A program made the position numbers and the translations under genes. From the NCBI GenBank assembly GCA_024704765.1, contig JAKMXF010000316.1, positions 62,001 to 126,000 on the forward strand: a stretch of 64,000 nucleotides of DNA, read 5' to 3'. A model generated the notes under the pieces. The model worked only from the letters and a program-made list of their open reading frames with translations, did not search any database and was not told where the DNA came from. Of this stretch, positions 1-12,206 are shown piece after piece (position 1 is the stretch's first letter; each line of letters opens with the position of its first letter). The DNA comes from Oopsacas minuta. Lineage: Eukaryota > Animalia > Porifera.

Positions 1-1955
1 CTAAAAGAACACCAAGTCTTGATCTGGAAGTCTTCATGTGACATTCGAGAATATGCTTCCGGGATTCAGTTACAATCTGTTCTGAAAAGTTTCGATTTTC
101 AGAATCAGTGACTAAAGAAAATTCAGGATCAAGCGATATTCTCTTTCTTGGATTGGATATTGTTAGATGAGTAGAGTGGAAAATCATGTTGCCCATGTTT
201 CAAGATCCTTCCTGCGGTAAGCCTCTCTGGATGTTAGAAGTGATTTAAATTTTAAATCGAGAGTAGCAGTTTCTTCATCGGATAAATGGTTGTTCTCAAT
301 AAGCTTCCTAACAGAGACTGTAACACTTCTTCCATTCGAAATATACAAATCATATGCCTCATTATTCGTGATTAGTACAGACATGATCCGCAAAAAGGCT
401 ACTTTAACATAGAAACATTTTGATATGTGATTGTAGGGTATTGGAATAACTAATAACCAGCAAAATATAGAATTTTACTGAAAAAATTTAAATCGTGTAA
501 AAATATATTTTTCGGATTTTTGTCCGATCTGGACAATGAATGACGTGATAAATTTTTGGGCAGCTTTTCACAAGCCTGGAAATTGATTAAATAGTTGACT
601 AAATATAGCAACATTACGTATATATTAACAACGTTTTGTCAAATTTTGTCAAACAAGAGATGCTACACTTCAATCAATGAGAAAAATTCCATATTATAAC
701 TTTGGGAGGGCCAAACTAGACACCCGGAAAAAGTACAAATGAATATCTAGACTAACCTATCAATGATTAAATTGTTGTTATAATATAGATTTATTATAAG
801 ATGTTTTTCACTCTTATATTTAGTATTTACATCAATTATGATTACATACATTAGGGCATAGGAATTTGCGGTTTGAACATACAGTCAAGGGACAAAAGTA
901 TTCGACCACACAAATATAGTCATAAATTGTATACTCTTTCCCGCTCCTATATATTGTGTAGTCTATATTCGTAGCTGCAATCTAGTAATTTCCATAGAAT
1001 AACATATGTTTTTCAAGAATTTCAAAAAAATATTTTCGATTTACACTTTTTGAAGGTGTTAATTGTCAATAATTATTAGATAATTATTGATAATCAAATA
1101 TGTGGTAATTCAAAGCCTATTAAGAATCTATAATTTTTGACTTGATATTTGAATTCTACGTAGGCGAGTTACCCCAGATTGAAATTTCCAATCGAATTGA
1201 ACAGCTTTTACCAAAGTTATAGAAGAATTCCAATTTGTGCCATTTGTGCCACCTTTTGCCCAAGGTGGCACAAGTGGCCGCTACCAAGGAGTTATTTTGT
1301 AATTCAAGGGTTAGCATAGTCATATCATTCGAAAATAGTACTTTGACTTATTCCTCCTAACCCTAGTTGATTTCCTTGTAGTGCCGCTTTTTCCTGCCAC
1401 CTGTGCCACTTTTTCAAAGAGTGGCACAAGTGGGACAAATTGAAATTCTTCTATAACTTTAGTAAAAGTTGTTCAATTCGATTGGAAATTTCAATCTGGG
1501 GTAACTCGCCTACGTAGAATTCAAATATCAAGTCAGAAATTATAGATTCTTAATAGGCTTTGAATTACCACATATTTGATTATCAATAATTATCTAATAA
1601 TTATTCATAATTAACACCTTCAGAAAGTGTAAATCGAAAATATATTTTTGAAATTCTTGAAAAACATACGTTATTCTATGGAAATTACTAGATTGCAGCT
1701 ACGAATATAGACTACACAATATATAGGAGCGGGAAAGAGTATACAATTTATGACAATATATTTGTGTGGTCGAATACTTTTGTCCCTTGACTGTATATAT
1801 ATCTATTATCAGAAACACATAACAAAGTTGTGCGTAGTTAGGATTCCTAACTGCTTTTAATGCTGCCAATGATATTTTCGTACTAATAGAATTCGAAAAA
1901 TGCATTGAAATATGTTTGTTAAAATATGCCTATTTCCCCATATTGCCACACTGTG
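1..1955 (-). mobile_element. RAG1/Transib-like transposon family 1, copy A (left end and 5' part; runs off the window start)
   Basis: Ends in ...TATTTCCCCATATTGCCACACTGTG at 1955, the reverse complement of the left end at 21800. Bases 1-753 are the reverse complement of 22101-22853 (identical wherever I compared them; same 69-aa ORF at 184-393 and 22461-22670). Interrupted by a foldback element at 882-1793. Confidence 0.92.
882..1793. mobile_element. Non-autonomous foldback element (Tc1/mariner-type ends), inserted in RAG1-like copy A
   Basis: TA|CAGTCAAGGGACAAAAGTATTCGACC ... GGTCGAATACTTTTGTCCCTTGACTG|TA. Inverted arms of roughly 390 bp around a ~120-bp spacer. Absent from the homologous position of copy B (~21968). 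Confidence 0.9.
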
Positions 1956-2259
1956 CGCTGATACCTTGTTATTTGGAAAGGCTGGTACAGAAATTTTCGT
2001 GACATTCTTTTATTGTTTCCCAAAGTTGGAACTGAAAAAGTACTATCGCACGAATATCACGCCTTGACAACTGTATTGAGGATTTGGTAACTAAAGAATC
2101 CAAGGATTATAAAACAATGCAATCTGAAAAGTATACAAGATAAAGTTACAAGATTTTCAGTGAAGTATATTCATCCCATGTTTATTCGAAACAAGTAATG
2201 ATTTACTTATATAAGAGCTCGCAACATAGTCAGGCTCAAAACTTATTGATTGCCCCTCG
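1956..2259 (-). mobile_element. Mariner element, left TIR and N-terminal coding fragment (piece 1 of 3)
   Basis: Minus strand reads TA|CGAGGGGCAATCAATAAGTTTTGAGCC (mariner-type TIR), then LSRRDIRAIVLFQFQL..TIKECHENFC..AFPNNKVS up to the RAG1-like end. The protein continues as TETVKRWYREFK at 24904 on the plus strand. Confidence 0.85.
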
Positions 2260-2939
2260 TAGTAAACTACTTTGCTTTTATCAAGCTCGTAGTGACCAAA
2301 CATACAGTGATCAGGTTGAGACAAGAAAAGCAAGTCCATTTAATCCAGAGTAGCTGAAAAGGTGGTCAGGTTAAAACCAACCAGTTGTTTCCATAACAAC
2401 CGAACAATACATCAGTATTCCATTAACATCATCTAAAATATCAGATTGAAAAGATCCATAATTTCTGTATATACTTCAGGCTATACGCAAATGAAATTAA
2501 TTGTGCAATATTTACGATTACGTAATAATAAGATTACCTAGCAAGCCTTTAAGTATCTATATGTTGAGATTCGTGAAACTAACGAAAGCTTGTGAGCAAG
2601 ATTGTTTTGAAACCCCAAATCAAATTTGATGTAAACCTGTTGATTCTTACCATAGGTGCACGGTGATATTTTTAGTTATCAGTAAACATGTACGAGCCAA
2701 GTGTAGAGTATCAAAACTTTCTTTATTAAACTGTTCATGATCTACTTGGAAATTCACTTTTCAGAATTCCGTTGATTGTGTAAACCATTGTTCAAGATTC
2801 GAACTTGTCCACAAGGCCAAAGACAACCGATCAAAAATCATCTGCTGTGAATCAGTGTAACAAATGAAAAAGGATTTGTTTAACTGTGTAAACATATGCA
2901 CTATGTGCATACAAAACTTTTGATACCTGGATATTTGAA

Positions 2940-3037
2940 TTCCTATCTTGGTTTCCAACTTGTACATTTACTCTATAAATAGCACAATCAGACAGGGATA
3001 TTCAGTGGGGCACGAATACTTTTGATAGAGTAGTGTA
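2940..3037 (-). repeat. Terminal remnant of a Tc1-type non-autonomous element
   Basis: Reverse complement TA|CACTACTCTATCAAAAGTATTCGTGCCCCACTGAATATCCCTG is homologous to 41347-41450. Confidence 0.55.
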
Positions 3038-3383
3038 TAATGCTATAATACATCACTGTGTAATGAGTCTGAATGCATAAGTCAGAGCTGAGAGGAGCAA
3101 TGAAATGACCATAACTATGAGTAGATTTGTGGTGAGAGGTATGATAAATAGAACCCTTGATTACACAAACTATTCGAATGAATCAAATCATAAATAGTTA
3201 TAGTGAACACAGTCCCATGCTAATTCTTAACTATGTTTCAGACACCATTTCCTACTAATACAGATTTACACAATGCATTTTCCTCCATTGACCAGCTACC
3301 TCGCTACACACATTTGGTTAAACATTTTGCTTGCCATTCTATATATATTTGCCTTCAGTTAATTATCCAGTTTACACCTAGAG

Positions 3384-5731
3384 CAGGGGTTTTCAACCTT
3401 TTTCTGACCACGACCCATTTTCCAACTTTTTAAAGCGTTCGCACCCCACCCGATGAAGGCATAACCAAAACGTAAATTTCAAAATGTATGTACTTAACTC
3501 GTATATATTATTCTAATCTAAATTTACTACATCTACAATACCAATAATTATCACACATGATTATTTAATGTGATTTTTGTTGTTTTTCATCAACTAGCTT
3601 TTGAATTCTAGATTGTGTTATTGCTAAGCAGCAGCGTAGATCTGGTTCGACATCAAGTCTATTTCTAGCCTTAGTTTTGATTACTAGCATGCTAGAAAAC
3701 ACCACTTCACACAAATAAGTTGATGGGAATGGCATGAGTAACTTCAGGGCAATCTGTGATACTATTGGATAGCTTCCAAGCACAGAACTCCAAAAAGATG
3801 GCAAATCAACTCTTGAAAATAGTGTTTGTGCTCCTGAATCGTTTACAAGTTTGATGAAATCCTCCTTGCTGCATCGTGATTATCAGGAATGCGGTCATCT
3901 ATTTTGGCCAGAAAAGGATTTCGAACAAGATTAAATTTGGATTTTGTTGTTTCTGGAAAGTATCTAGAGAATTCATCTTTAAGTGATTGCAAATGCGTTG
4001 CAATGTCATTTTGCAAAGCTTCGCTGATACTAATTTCGCAATCTTCAACATAGCTACAGAGATGAGCAAACATTGTAATCCTACCACTATTTATCTTGTT
4101 TCTCCAGAGGTCAAGCATTGCTTGAAAGGCAGAAAGCTTGTCTACAAAATCGATAATATTACTATCTTTACCTTGCAATGAGAGATTCAGAGTATTAAGT
4201 CTTTCAAAAATATCGCAAAGATAACAAAGTCTAGTAATCCATTCGTGATTTTCGAATAAATCATGCCAATGTGTCCGCTTTTGGAGTTTTAAAAATTCTG
4301 TTGTTTCTTCCTTGAGGTCTAGAACACTTTTCAAAACATTGCCCTTTGAAAGCTATCTAACTTCAGTGTGATATAACAGATTCATATGCGCAGCATCCAT
4401 GTCTAAACAAAGATTTCTGAAGAGACGAGTGTTGACTGCGCTACTTTTAACGAAATTGACTATTTTAAATACCTCCTGCAAGATAACATTTAGCGAGGCT
4501 AGCAAAGTCTTCGCTGCAAGGGCTTCTCGGTCAATCATACAGTGATTTGTTATCACATCTGGGACAAACTGTCTAACGCGTGTCTGGAACCCAGAATGGC
4601 TTCCCAACATAGAAGGAGCGCCATCTGTGCAAACAGCCCAACTTTTTTCCAATCGAGACCTTCTTTTACAAAAAAAGGTATCTACTTTGTTGAAAACATC
4701 AATTCCACGTGTTTGAGAATCAAGTGGCCGACAAAACAGGAACTCTTCTTTGAAGTTAGAATCGTGGATGTAACGTACATATATCATCAGCTGAGCACAA
4801 GAAGAAACATCAGTTGGCTCATCTAATTGCAAAACAAAGATGGGTGACTGTTTGATTTGCTCCACAACTTGGTTCTTAATATCCTCTGACATTTCCTGAA
4901 TTCTGCGCTGAACATTGTTATCTGAAATTGACAGCGAACTTAGTTTTTTTACTACATCTGCTCCAATCATTATGCACACAATGTCTTTCGTGCAGGGCAA
5001 AACTAGCTCTTCACCAATAGTGGACACAACATATGATGCTTCAACTTCGGCTCTTATAGTAATAGCTGTCTGTCCTGTCGTATCAAGTCTAGATTTCTTG
5101 ACAGATTGAGATTGTCTTTGGAAGAAAGAAACATTTCGGTCATTATATGTTGAATGTTCTTTCTCAAAATGTCTTTTAAGCTCAAACGGCTTCATAGACT
5201 CTGCAGATAATACTTTCAGACATATCACGCATTGTGGTTTTTCAATACCTTCAATTACTATACTTGTAAATCCAAATTTCAGATAATCATCTAAGTAAGC
5301 ACGCTTCGGAGCACGTTTAGTTGCCATTTAAGTAAAAATACGATTAGAAAGACTTGTTAAAGTTGAAAGGCCTAGAAATGTCTCTATATAATTCTTTGTT
5401 GTACATACAAGCCTGGACTTCATAGGTTATTTAATAAAATGTTACACTTCAATATTGGAATACATACAATTCGTGACATTACAATTCGTGGCCTACAATT
5501 CGTGCCATTATAATTTGTGACATTACAATTCGTGACATGTCACGAATTGTATGTATTCCTTCAAGATTCTATTTCTTCTATGTTATTTCATAATCAATAC
5601 AATGATGTCATATAATGACAATAGGGTTTCTAATTACGCAATGCGACACTAACCACAAATTAATAGTAATAGAATCACTGAAATTCAGTAAAAATTCCTA
5701 CCTTCCACGACCCACTGGTTGAAAACCCCTG
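3384..5731 (-). mobile_element. hAT transposon (Buster/Charlie, ZBED5/SCAND3-like), full length, transposase disrupted
   Basis: TIR CAGGGGTTTTCAACC at both ends; 8-bp TSD ACCTAGAG/AGCTAGAG. ORF pieces 4353-5327, 3843-4334 and 3565-3804 carry a BED finger (PQCVIC..L.RH..H), LQLDE..D, CTDGAPSM and PFPSTYLCE. Confidence 0.93.
5457..5559. repeat. Small insertion with 23-bp terminal inverted repeats and internal 15-bp tandem repeats
   Basis: GGAATACATACAATTCGTGACAT ... ATGTCACGAATTGTATGTATTCC, with about five TACAATTCGTGACAT units. Confidence 0.7.
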
Positions 5732-6224
5732 AGCTAGAGTGAATGTGACATCATTTTCTTTCTCAAGCTATTTCTACCTAATATGGCCTCCCACTCACCC
5801 GTGAAACGTCTTCAAAACTCCTTGAATGCGAGCAATAAGAAAAGGAAGAAGAAAATAATCATTGCAAACAAGCTCACGTGAGACGTATGATGATATCCAA
5901 GTACACTTCGGGAAGGAGTGGGTTCAAGACGGGCCTTTCTTCCATTGAAGATGTCTGTTGCACTCGTAACGAATGGTTTAAAGTAGAAAACGAGAATATG
6001 ACATGGCACACACGAACTCCAAAGTACCAGATCATGAAAGATGTACTATCGCTTTGATTTTCCGAGCTCGTATGTTTGAGGTTGCCATCTCATCTTGAAC
6101 AGATGCTCAAAAACTCAGTCAGCGTCTTTCGATCACAGATCTATTCTATTCAAAGATCATCATATCATTTCGGAGGAGCTATTTGAGGGGAGAGTGATAG
6201 CACTGATATACAACTTTTTACCTA

Positions 6225-6524
6225 TAAAGTGTTCCCACTTCTGTAGATAATGGGACAGTTTATATCCATTAATTGTCCCAACATCTGTAGATAAAGGGAC
6301 AATTTATATCCACTAAATGTCCCAACATCTGTAGATAAAGGGACAGTTTATATCCATTAAATGTCCCAACATCTGTAGACAAAGGGACAGTTTATGTCAA
6401 TTAAATGTCCCAACATCTGTAGGTAATGGAACAGTTTATATCAATTAAATGTCCCAACATCTGTAGGTAATGGGACAATTTTTAGCCATTAAATGTCCCA
6501 ACATCTGTGAATATTGGGACATTT
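6225..6524. repeat. 44-bp minisatellite, ~7 units, each with an internal TGTCCC...GGGACA inverted repeat
   Basis: Unit TAAATGTCCCAACATCTGTAGATAAAGGGACAGTTTATATCCAT starts at 6225, 6270, 6314, 6358, 6402, 6446 and 6490. Confidence 0.9.
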
Positions 6525-6669
6525 CATATATATATATATTGTTAACAAATTATTCAATTGTTTTTGTCTCATTGTTGCTCTTTGCTAATTCTTTATTGCT
6601 TTCAAAGCTGAGTATGACCTTTGAGACGTGTAACTTGTCATGGGTATTACTAAATAGAGTTTCAATAAT

Positions 6670-8720
6670 TTATAAATTTCGCTGAACATCATTTGACTTC
6701 CAGGTATCTTGTTCATTATTCCGATAGCAGTTGAAATTTTTGTTATTTGCAGTGTTGTACCTTCTCCTTCCTTCAGATATGCTCTTGAATGTTTGAATAA
6801 TTATATTTCTGCAACTAATTTTTTGTATATTAATGTCTTTATGGCATGTATTCTTTATCTTCTCGATTTCTATTTCATCTAAACAACCATTTCCAGTAGA
6901 GATCAGAGTTGTTTGAATAGATGTTAACTTTTCCATAGCTTGTTTGTTAAACATTTGAATGATAGACGATATCAAAGTAACTAATACCTCAAAGTATTGC
7001 ATCTTGAAGTACTTATAGGATGTAAATGTGAGGAAATAATCCTGCTAAAGAACGAGGTATTGATGGCGGATAACAACGTAATTTTTCGATTTCTATTTCA
7101 CATAAGGAAAATTTGTCTTCATATTTCGGATCTGTCCTTTGGGCTTCCAAATACAGCAAGATACTTTTAATGCATGTTGCAGCGGTTTCTGCATTCAGAT
7201 TTTAATTTTGTAAAATAATTGCCACATGCTCGATGTGATAGAGAATTTTTCCGCAAGAATAATTGCTAACATGTTATTGAAACTTGATAGTTTGTCAAGC
7301 AGAGCTAATGATTTTGTTCCAGTTTCCCTCTCTCAAAACTTGATGATTCTAGGACAGCTATTAGGGGTTTGTAATTTGTGAAAATTGTACGGTATGCACT
7401 TCTACAGGTAAATCTAGTTGGACAAAGCTTTTCAGGGATTCAAACTGTGTCCATTTATTGTCTTCGTCGAAGATCAGCAGGTCTGAATTTTTTGGCAGGT
7501 GATCAATCTCTTTGGTGCTAGCAATATGAAATTGTATATTTCTTTGACAAAATCCTGAGCTTCTGATATAATTCTTACATTCTTTACAAGATCAAATAAA
7601 ACCAAATTCAGCTTTTGAGAATAACAAATAACGAAAATTGCTTCCTCAACAACCGATTTATAACGAGTGGCCACTTCAGAAATATGCCCAGGCGTTGCGA
7701 CGCGCCATCATATGATTGTCCTCGGCATATATTCTTATCTATTCCATCTCTTACGAGAATATCACATATCACATCAAACTTCACAGTTGAAGAATTTCTG
7801 GAAGTGCATATAGTCCTAAAGAGTCTTTATTAATGCTGAAATCATTATTAACCGTTCGAACACAAATAGAGAACTGTTCAATCCCAGAGCTATCACGTGT
7901 TCCATCAGCAATAACAGAAATACTAATTTTCACCTATTCTTCCTAGGATGGGAGTTACAATATGCCTAGCCATTATTTCTATTATCCCAGATATTATATC
8001 TTGACTCATATACTTTCCTGAATATAGCCAATTCTTTATATGATGATTATCTCCAGCTCTAAGTTTCAATAGTTAATTTAAATTTCCTTCAGTTCTTCTT
8101 TATTTCCCAGAGGGAACCCTTGGCGACATGTATACTTTATTGAATCTATCTGGGTCAGTAGTCCTCTATAATGCTGTTCATTTTGACTAACATCAATAGC
8201 TGCAAGTTGTTCACATATTGAAACTGAAGATATGCTTTTAAATTTCTGCACACAGGTTGTGAACTGACTTTGTTCATGTTTCTTGACTTTCTATTCCTTC
8301 CAATTGGAAACTCCCATATATATGAATGCCATTTCACCTTTTTCTAAATATAGATTAGTTTCAAATGTATAGTTCGTTTGCAGACAAAGCAAATGCCTTT
8401 TTATTGTAAATGCAATAGATGAGCCGATTGCATCGATCAAGTCAATGTCTTGGAATGTTCTTATCCAGACTGTAGAACCATCGACAGCCTTTTTCCTACA
8501 TGCTAGGAAATTACTTGCGTTAAAATCCTGTAAAGACCCATCACTTTCTAACGAGCAACATATGTTTTCACAGTTTAACCCCAGAGGATTTTCTTTTTCA
8601 TCTACACTTGAAGAAGAAGGATTAGTATGACAATTTCAGAGGAAATATATATTCTTTGATCCAATGCTGTATCAATAGATGAAACAAATCCATCATTTCG
8701 GCTTATTCTGGAAAAGTTGC
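6670..8720 (-). pseudogene. Decayed hAT transposase (ZMYM1-like/DUF4371 type)
   Basis: Minus-strand translation gives GVSNWK..KKHEQS, KY.CRQGFPL, LLKLRAGDN..IKNWL..GKYMSQDII and YFEVL across many stops and frameshifts. Confidence 0.7.
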
Positions 8721-8828
8721 CGAATGTTTGTTGCGCAGGATGCCGTACAACACAAGATTTCTTCGATGACATTTCAAATTTTAAAACTACGTAGTTTGAA
8801 GAATCTCAAATTAGAATGGCGTCATCTA

Positions 8829-10197
8829 CAGTATGTCCAATAATTATTGCAACACATCATTATTTCTATTTCAACCACTGCTATAGTTCTAGTTGATAAG
8901 TAGTAGTTACTGTACTAATATAGAAAGTTAATTGGTATCTATTTGAAGATAAATCTGAGTAAACACAATGGGATTATATTTTTTGCTAATGAGGATGACG
9001 TCATTATTTACGATGACGTCATCATTTAGTACCTTTCATCATAAATTAGAAAATTCTCTTACCTTATAGCTGAATAATTTAGCATTTAGCGTTGATATGG
9101 CTCAAGAGGTGATGAGAGAAAAGATCAAAACTCTATTGATTGGCGATAAACATACACCTACTGAAATCTCACGCATTTTAGATGTTGATCGAGGGACAGT
9201 TTACAGGGTTAAAAAAAGGCTCCAAACAAATATGACCCTTAAACACAAAAGAGGCGGTGGTAGACCAAATTTACTCGGCAATTCAATAAAATATACAGCT
9301 ACTCAGTTCATCAAATCGGATCCAGAGACTAGTGTACGTAAACTTACAACCAGGATAACTAAAACAAAGAAACTGACTGTCAGTAAAAGTACAGTCCATC
9401 TTACTCTTCAGAAACTGAAATACTCTAAGCCATTTCCTGTCCAGATTCCATTGCTATCTGAAAAAAATCGTCTCTTCAGAATTGAATGGGCACAGAAAAA
9501 CAAATTTAAACTGTGGTGTAGAGCTGTGTTTGCAGATGAAGCCTCTTTCTGGCTTAATCGTGGGAAGGTTCGAATGTGGACAAAATCTGGAAAAAAAACG
9601 ATCACAAAAAACTACCAAACACTCACCGAAAATACACATATGGGCTGCATTTTCGTCTTTCGGTACCTTCCCATTGTGCATATTTCGTCAGAATTTGGAT
9701 GCACAATTCTTTGTTAAGATCCTTGAATGGCATCTTCTTTCGCAGGCTGAGGCTTTCCACGGAAATAGATGGTTTCTCGTTCAGGATAATGATCCAAAGC
9801 ACCGTTCAAAATTAGCCCAACAATGGATCTCAGAAAAAATGCCAAATAATGTATTTCAATGGCCCAGTCAATCACCAGACCTTAATCCGATAGAAAATCT
9901 ATTCGGCTGGTTGAAAAATCAAGTTGTAAAACAACATGCCAAATCACTAGCTGAGCTTGAAAAGTGTATCCAAACAATTTGGGATTCTCTCACACCCGAA
10001 TTTTTGGAACCCTATTGGAAGTCTATGAAGCGTAGATGTCAGATGGTCGTGGAAAACGATGGAAATAAGATCAAATATTAATCTTTAGTGTATTCTCAAC
10101 AAGTAGACATAAAATTAGATCATATACTTTCATATTTATTGTTTCTGGGTTACGCTAAGAAATCTCCCTAGTGTTGCAATAATTATTGGACATACTG
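8829..10197 (+). mobile_element. Tc1-like transposon (DD35E by my count), one frameshift
   Basis: TA|CAGTATGTCCAATAATTATTGCAACAC TIRs; motifs FADEASF, QDNDPKH, SPDLNPIENL. ORFs 9097-9717 and 9482-10081 join if one A is removed from the A8 run at ~9591-9598. Confidence 0.95.
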
Positions 10198-11000
10198 TAT
10201 ATATATCATTGTTCAGGTAACCATACACAGGAGTAAAAATCAAATTATCCTTTTTAGTCAATTCCTTAATAGTTGGATTCTTTGTCTATGTTTAATTATC
10301 CTATTATATTGCACAATGAGATCAATTTCCAATTAAAACTTGAAGCTTGCATTTTACACCATTCAATGGCGTCGGTAGTTCATGAAAGGGGGCGATTCAG
10401 TGATTGTAAGTATAATAAAAGTGGAGTGGCTCACCTTCTCTAAATATTTATTGGGGGGCGCAGCCCCCTCCTATTCCGCTACTCCTGGCAGTCGCCCTAG
10501 GCACGAGCACATAAGAGAGCCATGCAAAGTCCATAGGCGGCGGAATCGTACCGGAGCCATAGAGATTACTGTTGCCATAGCACTATAATTTATTTTGGCC
10601 GATCGAGAAGCCGAGGTAATTTACAACTAATTTGTTCAACTAGAGTTTAAAGTATTTTATAGTAAAGCAATAATCTTGAGAATATTGAATTATCATCATT
10701 TTCTACCCAGTTTTCTAGCTAACCACATAATTATCGGAAATATACATGAGGGAATTAAAGTCAAGGGTAATTATGCAATTTCGAGCAATTCAGGTAAATA
10801 TAGTGGAGCTTGAATCCACCCCTGGGGTGTAGGTCTATAAAATTCTGTAATTGTACCCTGGAGACAAGTGTTGTTGTATTAATTCGTCTTAAATCGTGAT
10901 TGGGTAAGATACTAAAGTTTTACTGATGTAACCCCGAGCCTAGCTTCACTATCAGTTTGTCGGCTATCAATTTTACTATTTATCTTAAATATTTAGATCC

Positions 11001-12206
11001 ATGTTTTCCATGAATCTCCGTCTTTATCGTTTATTGTGTTATTCTCTTCGCTTTCGTTGGTATATATTTTTATTTCCACTCATTTTCCTTTATATCATCA
11101 AGACTGTGTACTTATTTCGATATTTTCCTATTTCCTCGCATATTTTTGCATCTATTTCCCCTGTCTTCACTTCATGTTCTAATTCCGATAGTAGATTGTT
11201 CATTAATGAACTATGTAATGATTTTTCCACCGGTAAAACTTTTGGTACGTTATGCATTCCTCTTTGTAATGGCGATATCAATTTTCATAGTTGCTTAGGG
11301 CATGGTGTCAAAGAAAATGTTATACTTGGTATATGGAGTGGTGCTAACATTATTTTAAAGTCTCACCAGTCTCAAATCCATTCTGATTCAATATTTTCTT
11401 CAACCACTAGTCAATTGAATGCAATTATTCTCACTCAACACTTACTTAAAGATCGGTATTTTGGTTTGTTAAATCCCTTCCTCTTCCATTTATCGAATAA
11501 TATTATTTCCCTCTTCGATATCTATCCAAGGGGAATTTTGAATGAAATTGAACTAAGACAGCTTCTATATTTTATATATCAAGAAGAGAGTTTCAAAACC
11601 TATTTCCTCAATGACACTGGTGTATCACCTTACTACCTTGGAAATTGTGGTTTATTATGGGCTACAACGTATATGAAGGACACTAGATTACTTTGGATTT
11701 TAGGCAGCCCTATAGGTGCAGATATTCCTTGGAAATTCCATGCTCGTATTGCTATTGGTTTTCTTGATTTAGTAATCAAGCTGGATAATGTTCCTTTTGG
11801 CCCTCTACATCTTTGCGATGTTCAAATGTCTAATTTTGGTCTACAGTTTGTGAATTCTTATCCAATTGTCAGGGTCATTGATACTGATGCAACGTTTTTT
11901 GAATCATATTTGGATAATTGGACCGGCATGAATTCAAATGATAGTTGTCTCTCTGATTCAGATTGTAGTATTTTTCAATGTAATATTAAATGTGATATAA
12001 TATCTTATACATGTTCTCCAAAGATTTTATCTAGCAATTTTATGAACATCTGTAAATTTATCCTCGAAAGATTTTTGTTGTTTAATTCTCCTATAAATTT
12101 GTATTATCAGTTGAAATATATTCTAAACTCATGTTCTAAAGAAGGAAACGAGAATAGTACATTTATCCTTTTGTATAAACTACTATGGTTGCATTGTGAA
12201 TTTTAA
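11001..12206 (+). CDS. DIPK1: Divergent protein kinase domain 1 (FAM69/DIPK1)-like type II membrane protein, intronless
   Basis: 401-aa open ORF: N-terminal hydrophobic segment, G.LC..LC..C Cys cluster, LG.CG, HLCDV..SNFG, IDTD, and C-terminal C..DSDC..FQC...C...C..N...IC, the FAM69 pattern. Confidence 0.78.
   Translation: MFSMNLRLYRLLCYSLRFRWYIFLFPLIFLYIIKTVYLFRYFPISSHIFASISPVFTSCSNSDSRLFINELCNDFSTGKTFGTLCIPLCNGDINFHSCLGHGVKENVILGIWSGANIILKSHQSQIHSDSIFSSTTSQLNAIILTQHLLKDRYFGLLNPFLFHLSNNIISLFDIYPRGILNEIELRQLLYFIYQEESFKTYFLNDTGVSPYYLGNCGLLWATTYMKDTRLLWILGSPIGADIPWKFHARIAIGFLDLVIKLDNVPFGPLHLCDVQMSNFGLQFVNSYPIVRVIDTDATFFESYLDNWTGMNSNDSCLSDSDCSIFQCNIKCDIISYTCSPKILSSNFMNICKFILERFLLFNSPINLYYQLKYILNSCSKEGNENSTFILLYKLLWLHCEF

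Noticed and set aside
4542-5109. Short ORFs opposite transposase genes (also 9408-9681, 24214-24622, 25108-25542, 27911-28219, 46005-46223, 58502-58801)
   Set aside because: Antisense shadows of transposase coding sequence with no recognisable motifs.
6225-6524. Repeat array as CRISPR
   Set aside because: Units are contiguous near-identical 44-mers with no unique spacers, there are no cas genes, and the context is eukaryotic.
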